From Mycobacterium leprae TN (lineage in GTDB: Bacteria; Actinomycetota; Actinomycetes; Mycobacteriales; Mycobacteriaceae), in the NCBI RefSeq assembly GCF_000195855.1, contig NC_002677.1, forward strand, positions 2,580,001 through 2,612,000: a stretch of 32,000 nt of DNA, read 5' to 3'. The notes below the pieces were generated by a model. It made no database searches and was not told where the DNA came from. It saw nothing but the letters and a program-made list of their open reading frames with translations. How positions within the stretch are numbered: position 1 is the first letter of the stretch; every line of letters begins with the position of its first letter. This document shows positions 20,240 to 32,000 of the stretch, piece by piece. Made by a program: the position numbers and the translations under genes.

Positions 20240-21430
20240 TTGCGCATCGGCCCGATAGAGCTTACCAGCCCGGTTGTGTTGGCTCCGATGGCCGGAGTAA
20301 CGAACGTCACATTCCGGACACTGTGCCGTGAATTTGGTTCAACGCGTGGCAACCTGCTGCGCCCAGCTCCACCGCACTTGCGATCGCCACTAGAACAATC
20401 GCAGGTAGGCACCATCAGCGGACTGTACGTCTGCGAAATGGTGACCGCGCGTGCACTAGTCGAGCGAAATGCAGTCACGATACACATGACCACGTTCGCA
20501 CCGGACGAGTCGCCCCGGTCGTTGCAGCTCTACACCGTGGACCCGGCTACCACGTACACGGCCGCCAAGATGGTCGCTGACGAAGGTTTGGCCGATCACA
20601 TCGATATGAATTTCGGCTGCCCGATGCCCAAGGTCACCAGACGCGGCGGCGGGGCAGCGCTGCCATACAAACGGCGACTGTTTGGCCAGATCGTCGCTGC
20701 CGCTGTGCGTGCTACCGAAGGCACCAAAATACCGGTGACCGTCAAGTTCCGCATCGGCATCGACGACGAGCATCACACCCACCTAGATGCCGGCCGTATC
20801 GCCGAAGCTGAGGGCGCAGCCGCGGTCGCATTGCACGCCCGGACGGCGGCTCAACGCTACTCCGGCACCGCTGATTGGGCACAGATCGCCCAACTCAAAC
20901 AGCAGGTAAGGACGATTCCTGTGCTCGGCAATGGGGACATCTACGACGCGAGCGACGCGCTGGCCATGATGGCCGTCACTGGGTGCGACGGCGTGGTCAT
21001 CGGCCGCGGCTGCCTGGGCCGTCCGTGGCTGTTCGCCGAGCTGTCGGCCGCGTTCACCGGCAGACCTGCCCCCGCCCCGCCCACACTCGGCGAAGTCGCC
21101 GAAATCGTCCGTCGGCACGGCAAACTGCTAGTCGCCCATTTCGGCGAAGACAAAGGCATGCGCGACATCCGCAAACACATCGCGTGGTACCTGCACGGCT
21201 TTCCCGCCGGATCCGAATTGCGAAACGCACTGGCACTGGTCAAAACGCTCGATGAACTTGACTGCCTATTAAACCGGTTGGACGGAGCTGTTCCGTTCCC
21301 GGATGCCGCGATCGGACCCCGGGGTAGGCAGGGTTCACCCGCCTGGGTGGCATTGCCCGACAGCTGGCTGACTGACCCTGACGACTGCACAGTGCCGATC
21401 GGCGCCGACATCATGGAATCTGGTGGCTGA
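20240..21430 (+). CDS. dus: tRNA-dihydrouridine synthase family protein, 396 aa, TTG start
   Basis: Intact ORF. APMAGVTNVTFRTLCRE, DHIDMNFGCPMPKV, VTVKFRIGID, ALHARTAAQRYSG, GNGDIYD, GVVIGRGCLGRPWLF; Rv0823c-like, immediately downstream of desA1. Confidence 0.93.
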   Translation: MRIGPIELTSPVVLAPMAGVTNVTFRTLCREFGSTRGNLLRPAPPHLRSPLEQSQVGTISGLYVCEMVTARALVERNAVTIHMTTFAPDESPRSLQLYTVDPATTYTAAKMVADEGLADHIDMNFGCPMPKVTRRGGGAALPYKRRLFGQIVAAAVRATEGTKIPVTVKFRIGIDDEHHTHLDAGRIAEAEGAAAVALHARTAAQRYSGTADWAQIAQLKQQVRTIPVLGNGDIYDASDALAMMAVTGCDGVVIGRGCLGRPWLFAELSAAFTGRPAPAPPTLGEVAEIVRRHGKLLVAHFGEDKGMRDIRKHIAWYLHGFPAGSELRNALALVKTLDELDCLLNRLDGAVPFPDAAIGPRGRQGSPAWVALPDSWLTDPDDCTVPIGADIMESGG

Positions 21431-21439
21431 ATCGAAACT

Positions 21440-23485
21440 CTGCCAAAACCGCGTCTCGATCGATAATTCAGTACCATATGCCCTTAAGTGGCAGTTGTAG
21501 CGCTGATAATACCAGCGGTGCATTGACCATTTTGCACGGTGTGACGTCCGCACAGAGCTGCGGAAACCGGCAGGACGTGAATTAGAGCGAGAATAGCGCC
21601 ACTCTTGACCATCGACGCGGATACGGTGCCGACAGCGATGATCAACGAATTACCCCCGACGCGCAGCGAACGTTTAACGCCGCGCTGTAAGAGCCCAGAT
21701 TTTGCATCCGAACACGATCATGTGTCCTACCGATGGCCGGACGAATCGCCCGTCGACACCAAAAAGACCGGATCTCATGCCGTCGGCCTAATATACCGTC
21801 ACCGATTTAATCGCCAAAATTGGCGCTTACACTCCCGAGCGGTCCAGTCACCCCTAATATATAGCCCACCACCAAACCCCGGACATCAAACCACCCGATG
21901 TCTTAGCCGATGTCACCGATTACCCCGACGACGAGTAAGGTACCCAGTTCATCGACATACCGACCTTAATCCTCGGAGATCGTTTTAGCGATTCCCGATC
22001 TCGGAACGGCCCACTATCCGTACGACAGCGTACATACGCCAACCCCCATCACACGAGGTGCTGCCCGCGCCAAATGGCGGAACCTCAGCGCCCGAGGCCC
22101 TTAAGACCCGCAAACAACAACCTAAATTAAGCCGCCGACCGATGTTGCTGGCCGGACGCATACTGTCGGGGTTGTTTGCAGTGCTGAATCCTGGTCCTGA
22201 CCGACGCGGCTTGGCCGGTGGAAAGCCTCGAAGAAAAACCACCTGAACACCGTCAGCGCGCTTGACTCGGGCTCGCACAATATCGCCGACCCCAGCAGGC
22301 GGCACGGCAACGAGAATTTTTGATCGGCGGTATGGATTCACGCGCAGGGGCGAACGCCAACATGGGCGCAAACTACACCGAAGACGTCGACAGCATACGG
22401 TCGGACACCGTGATGCTGATGAACATCCTGGCAAACCGCAAACGCATGGTGGTGATCTCGTTCCCCCCCTCCCCGCAACCTGACGATCATCCCGATACCG
22501 TGAGACATCTGGGACCCTGAAACCGGCAAATACGGACCCATCTACAACGAGAAGAGGTGTGCAGGAAAACTCCGACACAAGACTACGAATTAGGCGCGGT
22601 GCTAGACTACCGCGAACGCAAGGTTGTCAACCGGGCAACAGTATTGAACTATGTGCGAGCCCGTAAGGTCACTACCGACTTCACTGGGGACTACCGCCGC
22701 ATCAAACGACAGCAATTATCCTTGTCGTCGCTGCTGAGTTCTACGATCTTGTCGGATACATTATTCAACCTGAATAAGCTCAACAACCTCGTCAACATGT
22801 TCATCAGCAAGAGCTACGTCGACAATGTCAAGACCAAAGACTTAGCCCAGCTGGGCATGTCATTGCAGGGCATGGCGACCGGGCACATTACGTTTGTTAC
22901 CGTGCCTACCGGCGTAACAGACGGAAACGGCAACGAACCACCACGCACGGCCGACATGCGGGTGCTTTTCGATGCCATCATCAATGATGACCCCTTACCT
23001 CTCGAAAACAATCAGAATACGCAAAGTTCGGGGATGACACCGACAACTACACCTACCCCCAAGAAGGCGATACTGAACAACCCCGCCCCAGAGGTTCAGC
23101 ATAAGCAGATGACGATAACCTCGCCGCGAGGCATGACCCGTGCAGGTGTTCAAGTAAACCAACCGACCAAGTCTGGCAACCACCGCAGCCAACAAACTCA
23201 AGCAGGCCAACTTCAACTGTTATGACGTCAAGAAGACTACTCGGGTTCACCTAGGGCCACTACGGTCTTCTTCTCGCCCGGAATCGAGCAGGCCTTAACC
23301 ACCGTGGTATCGACGTTCTCCAATTTCAAAAGTCCAGCAAATTAACGGAATTGGCAACGTAGTTCACGTTGTCCTCGTCCCAGACTTTAATGCTGTGATC
23401 ACTCCCCTCGCCCAACGGCACATCGGTCACCGTGCAGATAGACCGCAAATCCAACAACCCGTCAACTAAACTGCCTTAGGACCTG
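21440..23485 (+). pseudogene. LytR-CpsA-Psr (LCP) family protein pseudogene (Rv0822c-like)
   Basis: Fragments RRPMLLAGRILSGLFAVL (TM), GNENFLIGGMDSRAGANANMGANYTEDVDSIRSDTVMLMNILANRKRMVVISFP, DYELGAVLDY..LNYVRARKVTTDFTGDYRRIKRQQLSLSSLLSS..LNKLNNLVNMFISKSYVDNVKTKDLAQLG, and a degraded LytR_C-like tail NVVHVVLVPDFNAVITPLAQ. Confidence 0.88.
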
Positions 23486-23577
23486 ACGTTGACCAACGCA
23501 GCCGACACGACCTGCGGATAGTCGTCTAGACGTGGTTTCGCCACCGTTTTCGATCTCGAGAACGTAGGCTTAACCAC

Positions 23578-24246
23578 ATGCGAACCGCCTACCATGAGCA
23601 ACTCTCGGAGTTATCTGAGCGGCTCAGCGAGATGTGCGGGCTGGCAGGAATCGCCATGGAGCGGGCCACCCAAGCATTGCTGCAAGCCGATCTGATGCTT
23701 GCAGAACAAGTGATCACCGACCACGAAAAGATCGCGACCCGCAGCGCTCGCGCCGAAGAGAGCGCTTTCGTACTGCTGGCCTTACAAGCGCCGGTGGCCG
23801 GTGACCTCAGAGCAATCGTGAGCGCCATCCAGATGGTGGCTGCCATTGATCGGATGGGTGCGCTGGCCTTACACGTTGCTAAGACCGCACGCCGGCGCCA
23901 CCCTCAGCACGTGTTGCCTGAAGAGGTCAATGGATATTTTGCCGAAATAGGTCGAGTTGCAGTCGAATTGGGTAACGGTGCACAAGAAGTGGTGTTGTCC
24001 CGCGACCCGGAGAAAGCTGCCCAGATCCGCGAAAAAGACGACGCGATGGACGAGCTGCACCGGCATTTATTCTCGGTGCTGATGGATCGCGAATGGAAGC
24101 ACGGCGTGGCGGCCGCCGTCGACGTGACGTTGCTAGGCAGGTTCTATGAACGTTTCGCCGACCACGCCGTTGAAGTGGCACGCCGAGTCATCTTCCAGGC
24201 TACCGGCAGTTTTCCGGAAGACGACACGGTGCCAGGCTCACGCTAA
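23578..24246 (+). CDS. phoY2: Phosphate transport system regulator PhoU/PhoY2, 222 aa
   Basis: Intact ORF; PhoU-family sequence [46 protein letters not shown]...[16 protein letters not shown]-type helical repeats. Convergent with pstB. Confidence 0.94.
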   Translation: MRTAYHEQLSELSERLSEMCGLAGIAMERATQALLQADLMLAEQVITDHEKIATRSARAEESAFVLLALQAPVAGDLRAIVSAIQMVAAIDRMGALALHVAKTARRRHPQHVLPEEVNGYFAEIGRVAVELGNGAQEVVLSRDPEKAAQIREKDDAMDELHRHLFSVLMDREWKHGVAAAVDVTLLGRFYERFADHAVEVARRVIFQATGSFPEDDTVPGSR

Positions 24247-24272
24247 GTGGTTTGCCCGGCCGTTTCTATGAA

Positions 24273-25049
24273 CTAGCCGAAGCGGCCGGAGATGTAGTCC
24301 TCAGTGGCCTTTTCGGTCGGATTGGAAAAGATTTTCTCGGTGTCATCTATCTCCACCAGCCGGCCGGGTCTTCCTACGGCTTCCAAGTTGAAGAACGCAG
24401 TCTGATCGCTCACCCGCGCCGCCTGCTGCATGTTGTGGGTAACTATTACAATGGTGTACTCCTGTTTCAATTCACCGATCAGTTCTTCGATAGCCATCGT
24501 CGAAATGGGATCGAGCGAGGAGCACGGCTCGTCCATGAGTAACACGTCTGGTTGCACGGCAATGGCCCGAGCGATACACAGCCGTTGCTGCTGCCCCCCG
24601 GACAGTCCACCGCCAGGCTTATCCAATCGGTCCTTGACCTCATCCCACAGATTCGTACCGCGCAAAAAGTATTCTGCGGTATCATCAAGCACCTTACGAT
24701 TACGCACGCCTTGCAGCTTCAAACCGGCCACCACGTTATCGCGAATTGACATGGCGGGGAACGGGTTGGGCCGCTGGAACACCATCCCGATCGCCCGTCG
24801 CACACCGACGGGATCGATACCCGGGGCATAAATGTCTTCATCGTCGAGTAACACGGTGCCCTCAACACGGGCGCCAGGGACGACCTCATGCATCCGATTT
24901 AAGGTGCGCAACACCGTCGTCTTGCCGCAGCCTGAGGCTCCGATGAACGCCGTCACGCTTCTGGGCAGTACCGCCAGCGACACATCCAAAACTGCTTGAA
25001 AAGATCCGTAATAAATGTTGACGCCTTTGAGATCCAATCTCTTGGCCAC
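24273..25049 (-). CDS. phoT: Phosphate ABC transporter ATP-binding protein PhoT/PstB, 258 aa
   Basis: Intact ORF with Walker [10 protein letters not shown], signature LSGGQQQR, Walker B VLLMDEP and H-loop [13 protein letters not shown]. Confidence 0.96.
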   Translation of the reverse strand: MAKRLDLKGVNIYYGSFQAVLDVSLAVLPRSVTAFIGASGCGKTTVLRTLNRMHEVVPGARVEGTVLLDDEDIYAPGIDPVGVRRAIGMVFQRPNPFPAMSIRDNVVAGLKLQGVRNRKVLDDTAEYFLRGTNLWDEVKDRLDKPGGGLSGGQQQRLCIARAIAVQPDVLLMDEPCSSLDPISTMAIEELIGELKQEYTIVIVTHNMQQAARVSDQTAFFNLEAVGRPGRLVEIDDTEKIFSNPTEKATEDYISGRFG

Positions 25050-25084
25050 TTGGTTCTCCTGCCTACAATTTCTTAGGGACGAAC

Positions 25085-25880
25085 ATTTTCTCGGTTACTC
25101 TGGACCCGATATTTAAGTATTAATTAAGCACAACGATTATCGGGGTCAGCGCGGCGCCCTACAGCCGATCCGTGTTAACCGTGTTGTTGTCAACATCGGC
25201 CGAAGTTTGGTCACACATCATGCCGGGCAGTGACCCTATGAACCCTCTGAAAATGCCAAAGTTGATTTCCTGCGAATAGCCAACCAGGATCAGCAGTGGG
25301 GCCATCTCCCCCATCACTCGAGCTAACACCAACATGATTTCGGTAACAATTCCAGATAGCGACTTCGGAATCACAATTATAGCAATCTTTTTCCCTTCGG
25401 AACCTTTGGAGTGTAACTGGCCTCGTGCAGATCCATCGGAACGATTTGCAGCATTTTCTCGGTAGCCCAGTCGATCTACCGGGAGCATCAACAACACCAA
25501 CGCCATCATGAACTTGGCACAAACAAGACCCAACGTCGCCACACACAGTACGTATATGAGAACAGTGCCACCACGATCTAGAATAGAACACTTAGGATAT
25601 CCATCATGGATGTAGCTAGCGTGCGCCAGCGTTGTACCACTACCGTATTCAACCAGATAGATCCCGACCATGAAGACAATCGGCATGGAAATTGCAGTGC
25701 ATATCAATCCCTGCAACAAGGTGCCGACGATCACGTGATACGCGCCACCGCCAACCACGAACTACGTCAAGACGAGCAATGTCACGATTACAGTCACGAA
25801 GCTGTTCACAACTCGACGACATCGACCAAGCCCGGAGAACGTCCCTTCCTTGAACGACCGGTCCAGGATCGAAGTCATCA
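25085..25880 (-). pseudogene. pstA: Phosphate ABC transporter permease PstA pseudogene (600-nt ORF remnant, frameshifted and internally eroded)
   Basis: GIYLVEYGSGTTLA, ALVLLMLPV.., ..VIPKSLSGIVTEIMLVLARVMGEMAPLLILVGYSQEINFGIFRGFIGSLPGMMCDQTSA, with out-of-frame middle (YRENAANRSDGSARGQLHSKGSEGKK) replacing the expected conserved segment. Confidence 0.85.
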
Positions 25881-25909
25881 ATTTCGTCTTCTAATTCCGG
25901 CGACAACAC

Positions 25910-26740
25910 TACGCACTGAGACATCGATCACGAAGGCGACTAATGAAAAGCCCCAGCCGGGCAGCAATATAAGGACCAGCCTTGTATCGATCATCGAATG
26001 CCGATGCGATGGCGACAATCTGGGTTGCAAAGGTGTAACCGCCATGGAATGGCGGTTAACCAAACGTTTTCTGAGTGCTGTGCAAGATGATCAGCAGTGC
26101 GACCATCGCCCCCAGGGCGCGTACTAGGCCTAGCAATACGACCGTGGCCAAAACAATAACCAGCGGTGAAGATAGTGCCGACACCTGCCAATGACATATT
26201 GCCACTGGCTAAGAGAATGCATCAGACCAGAGTTCGATCGAGCCAAGTTGTGATCGGACACAGCTGCGGTGCCAGTACGTACCAACCCCAGACACCACAA
26301 ATGATCGAGGGCACTACGGCCAACAAATCGACCGAATAAGCCACCGCGCCGACTACCCGCCGCGGTGCATACTGGGTGATGAACAGAGCGACTCCCGAAG
26401 CAGTCGACATCACCAAGATCAATGCGAACAGTGACACCAACACCGTCACCTGCAGCAGATCAAAGATTCCGAAGTTCATCACGGAGATATCGGCAATGAC
26501 CCACGTGCCGCTGTAGCTGAAGAAGTTCTCTTTGTCGCGCCGCAACGCGGGTATCGCGCGACACAGCAATAACGCGCCTACCACGGCTATGACCACAATC
26601 CGGACTCCGGAACCCTCCACAACAGCCTGCGAAATCTCTGGTCTCCCAAGTTCGGCCGCCGCCCACGAGCTTATTAGTGCGATCGGCAACTCGAGAGGGG
26701 CATGGATACCACCGAACCCGCATAGGCTTAGGTTGGCGTT
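25910..26740 (-). pseudogene. pstC: Phosphate ABC transporter permease PstC pseudogene
   Basis: Minus strand: VIADISVMNFGIFDLLQVTVLVSLFALILVMSTASGVALFITQYAPRRVVGAVAYSVDLLAVVPSIICGVWGWYVLAP.., then after frameshifts LLGLVRALGAMVALLIIL..GGYTFATQIVAIASAF..AGPYIAARLGLF. Confidence 0.87.
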
Positions 26741-26830
26741 GTAACCGTAATCCCATCCCTGTTATTTCTGCCGTCACTTTTAAACCGCCTGTTGCCCGCT
26801 TGAGAAAAGATGTCGCACAGAGACAATTTG

Positions 26831-29054
<2,224 letters not shown>

Positions 29055-29094
29055 CTATGTAACGAGTCGACCATCGGGTGATCGAAATCGTCAG

Positions 29095-29825
29095 GTTTGA
29101 TGTCCTGATCGTAGGGCCCCGCGATCGTCGCACAGCCGAGCACCGGCTGGACCGCCTTGTAACCCACATTGCGTACCATACCGATCAGTGCTTCATGTTC
29201 GCGCCCAAGTCTTGCCCACAGTCAACGCACGTACACATCGACAGCCCGGGTCCCGCCAAAAAGTCCTACCCCACCACCTCATGCAATAGCTGCGCGGGGG
29301 TGAACACCCGGCCGGCTAACTGTGCCAAGTACTCCAGCAGCTCGAACTCTTTGGAAGTGAGATGATGAAGTGGGCACCCAGGCAGTCGTGCGGTGTATAT
29401 CGCCTTCATCGACGACCAGCTCGCCCAGGCTGACTTTATCCCGCGGTCTCCTGGTCGGAGAATCTACCACGGCAACAGACAACCAGCCATAACTGGGCAT
29501 CAATCTTCGCGGAACCGGTACTGGGCAAGAGGATCTCTTCCAGCCCCCAAGTAGGACTGATCGCCACCAGCCGGCCTTCACTCATCCAACGCTAAGATCA
29601 AGGCCGAGCGGCTCGCCCTGCTCAGCAGGCAAGACAAACCGCGTGCAAACAATAATATTGTAGCGTGTCGACGAGCACGGCATCCGCTGCTCCGTCCTTA
29701 AGCAACGAGGACGGTCCTGCCAGCACCGTCCGCACGGTGTGGGGCAGCAGCGACAACGACGGCACACCGGGTCGGGATGTATCTCCGAGATCAATACAAT
29801 ATATAGTAGCTCCAACAACCCCAAG
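29095..29825 (-). pseudogene. glnR: OmpR-type response regulator pseudogene, GlnR/Rv0818-like
   Basis: Minus-strand pieces: [68 protein letters not shown] / VHVRRLR-type remnants and RNVGYKAV-like sequence in other frames; no intact frame. Confidence 0.75.
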
Positions 29826-30003
29826 TGTCGTGGAAAAGGAATTTCCCAAACCGCATAGTGACACGCACTGTTTGAGTGCTAGGTCTATAGCACAATAACG
29901 TGCCACTAAGTCTTATAGACCCGACGACAAGGCGTTTCGGGAATAATCATGCCGCTGGTCGGAGATGGTTAAAGATGCAACCTGCATAAAGGTACGTCAC
30001 AAT

Positions 30004-30816
30004 ATGCGTATGCGCAAGGTGCTAACCAGTGTGATCGCAACGGTGGTCACCATGGCTGTGCTCGTTGTCGGTGTCCTCGGCATCGATTACGGAACCAGCA
30101 TCTACGCCGAATACCTCCTGTCAGTGAACGTGCGCAACGCAGCAAATCTCGGGTCGGACCCATTTGTCGCCATACTGGCGTTCCCGTTCATCCCGCAGGC
30201 GATGCGGGACCACTACACCGAGTTGGAAATCAAGGCCAACGCAGTCGACCACGCCATGGTCGGCAAGGCCTCCCTCGAAGCCACCATGTACTCGATCGAC
30301 CTGACCTACGCGTCCTGGCTGATCAAGCCCGATGCGAAGCTCCCAGTAGACAGGCTAGAGAGTCGCATCATCATCGATTCGATGCACCTGGGCCAGTATC
30401 TAGGCATCAGCGACCTCATGGTCGAGGCACCACACCGGGAAACCAACAACGCCACCGGCGGTACCACCGAGTCTGGGATCTCCAGCGGCCATGGGCTGGT
30501 ACTTAGCGGCACACCGAAATCGGCCAACTTCGACCACCGGGTCAGCGTCTTGGTGGACCTCTCCATCGCCCCTGAAGATCAGGCTACGCTGGTGTTTACC
30601 CCTACAGGCATTGCGACCGGACCCGACACCGCCAACCAACCCGTTCCGGATGACAAACGAAACCCCGTACTACGTGCCTTCAGCGCCAGGATGTCCGACC
30701 AGCGGCTTCCATTCGGGGTAGCACCGACCAGCGAGGGAGCGCGTGGCTCGGATGTGATCATCGAAGGCATCACACAGGGAGTAACAATCACCCTCGACGG
30801 GTTTAAGCAATCATGA
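30004..30816 (+). CDS. lmeA: LmeA-like secreted/lipoglycan-related protein (DUF2993, Rv0817c-like); the ORF extends upstream to 29965
   Basis: Intact ORF with an N-terminal hydrophobic segment VIATVVTMAVLVVGVLG. DUF2993-type sequence; synteny between a glnR-like relic and thiX. Confidence 0.85.
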   Translation: MRMRKVLTSVIATVVTMAVLVVGVLGIDYGTSIYAEYLLSVNVRNAANLGSDPFVAILAFPFIPQAMRDHYTELEIKANAVDHAMVGKASLEATMYSIDLTYASWLIKPDAKLPVDRLESRIIIDSMHLGQYLGISDLMVEAPHRETNNATGGTTESGISSGHGLVLSGTPKSANFDHRVSVLVDLSIAPEDQATLVFTPTGIATGPDTANQPVPDDKRNPVLRAFSARMSDQRLPFGVAPTSEGARGSDVIIEGITQGVTITLDGFKQS

Positions 30817-31331
30817 TGCGTGCCAGCGACGATGCAGAGCAAAGCGATGACGATGACGTGGGGGCACGTCCTCTACAAGTGGGTGGAAACACCGGGAGAG
30901 CAACACTCATGATGACCGCGATTGTAGCGACAATAACGGTGGGCATGCTGACAGCCTTTACCGGACGGTGGCTGACTCGACACTCAGGAAACGTTCACGA
31001 AATTTGTTCCGGGCCGGGCCAAGGCACTGGCACAGACACCGCTGACCTCGGCTTGTCGCGTACTGGGCCAACCATCGTACATTTCAGCGCGCCGTGGTGC
31101 GGACCGTGCGACCGGGTCCGTCGCGTGGTTTATCAAGTCTGCAAAGACCTGCCCGACGTAGCCCATATCGAGATCGATTTGGACACTAACCCTGCGGCTG
31201 TGCGCCGATTTTCGGTGCTTTCGCTGCCCACCACATTGATTTTCGATACCGACGGACAGCAACGATACCGGACGTCGGGAGTCCCCAAGGCCTTTGATCT
31301 GCTATCCACACTCGAACCATTGTTGGCTTAA
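30813..31331 (+). CDS. thiX: Membrane-anchored thioredoxin-like protein ThiX
   Basis: Intact ORF with the thioredoxin motif FSAPWCGPCDRVRR, cis-Pro SLPTT and an N-terminal TM. Its ATG overlaps the lmeA stop (ATGA), suggesting translational coupling. Confidence 0.9.
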   Translation: MMRASDDAEQSDDDDVGARPLQVGGNTGRATLMMTAIVATITVGMLTAFTGRWLTRHSGNVHEICSGPGQGTGTDTADLGLSRTGPTIVHFSAPWCGPCDRVRRVVYQVCKDLPDVAHIEIDLDTNPAAVRRFSVLSLPTTLIFDTDGQQRYRTSGVPKAFDLLSTLEPLLA

Positions 31332-31543
31332 TTAGCGTGTCATTGGGTAAGCTGGCTAACGTGTCAACCTGCCTCGAGCCCAGGCTCACCAAGCGTTGCG
31401 CAGTCCATCTGTGCCAAATCACGGGTTGTTCCTGTAGCTGCTGAAGTAGCCAAGCTCTTTCGCGCCGCACTCGGAGCCTACCGTGGCCTGTCTCCCACTT
31501 TGTCCGTGCAACACGTGCAACAGGAGTACCTAGGAGTAGAACA

Positions 31544-32000
31544 GTGACGATCAATAACACCACCACCGGAGTAGAGGTCGTCGATGTTCGCGGACCACGA
31601 TTTGCTGCATGGGTTACGGCCGCAGTTCTGCAGACCGTCCTGATCATTTCGGTGGTCAGTCCGCTGGCGGCCGCGTTACTGTTGGTCCTGCAGGCCGTAG
31701 TTTTTGCCACGGGCACTCTCGGCGGCCCGCGCCGGCACCCATACGGACGGGTGTTCGCCGCCCTCGTGGCGCCTCGGCTGGGTCCGGTGAAAGAGCGCGA
31801 ACCGGTGCCACCGTTAAAGTTCGCCCAACTGCTCGGCTTCGTCTTCGTGGTTTGCGGTGTTACCGGATTCGCCGCCGGCGCTTTCTTGGTGGGAGTCATC
31901 GCTACGGCAGCTGCATTAGTGGCCGCTTTCCTCAACGCAGCGTTCGGCATCTGTCTGGGCTGTCAGCTCTACCCGGTTGTGGTGTGGTTTCGACGCACTG
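31544..32000 (+). CDS. DUF4395-family membrane protein, partial (runs off the right edge); absent from the supplied ORF track
   Basis: GTG at 31544 preceded by an AGGAG-like RBS (caggagtacctaggagtagaac). 152 codons open to the edge: VTINNTTTGVEVVDVRGPRFAAWVTAAVLQTVLIISVVSPLAAALLLVLQAVVFATGTLGGPRRHPYGRVFAALVAPRLGP...ALVAAFLNAAFGICLGCQLYPVVVWFRRT. Confidence 0.88.
   Translation, partial: MTINNTTTGVEVVDVRGPRFAAWVTAAVLQTVLIISVVSPLAAALLLVLQAVVFATGTLGGPRRHPYGRVFAALVAPRLGPVKEREPVPPLKFAQLLGFVFVVCGVTGFAAGAFLVGVIATAAALVAAFLNAAFGICLGCQLYPVVVWFRRT

Noticed and set aside
20875-21477. Arg-rich + ORF and 178-aa minus ORF over dus
   Set aside because: Alternative-frame shadows typical of GC-rich coding DNA.
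24430-24946. Plus ORFs opposite phoT (24430..24831, 24746..24946) and minus 24479..24688
   Set aside because: Shadows of the intact ATPase gene.
31186-31950. 254-aa minus ORF, the longest unassigned ORF in the right part
   Set aside because: It is antisense to both thiX and the DUF4395 CDS. It has a Pro/Thr/Arg-rich shadow composition and no domain signal.

Overview
The window looks like Mycobacterium leprae DNA: a decayed, gene-poor landscape with a few intact CDSs among many frameshifted or stop-riddled relics. It carries a perfect (GTA)9 and a perfect (AT)17 microsatellite, whose unit counts and ~13.9 kb spacing match named M. leprae typing loci as I remember them. The left ~19 kb keeps only two clearly intact CDSs (cdd, and a eukaryote-like uridine phosphorylase on the minus strand) plus four tRNAs (Phe, Asp, Glu on -, Lys on +). 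Recognisable relics there are an amidohydrolase, a multicopper oxidase (mmcO-like), a GMC oxidoreductase, an MFS permease, a DUF433/PIN-like toxin-antitoxin pair, a tyrosine integrase next to tRNA-Phe, a SAM-dependent methyltransferase and a kmtR-like ArsR regulator. The right ~13 kb is inverted-order synteny with M. tuberculosis Rv0824c-Rv0815 region: desA1, dus (with an apparent insertion), a decayed LytR-CpsA-Psr gene, phoU/phoY2, pstB/phoT, decayed pstA and pstC, pstS, mshD, a decayed glnR-like regulator, lmeA, thiX and a DUF4395 CDS that is cut by the window edge and missing from the ORF track. I do not see a clearly new system. The best candidates for a second look are a possible relic integrative element between udp and tRNA-Phe, the eukaryote-like udp itself, the dus insertion, a 38-nt near-perfect palindrome in a pseudogene, and the partly decayed pst operon. 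All homology calls are from memory of family sequences, not database searches.
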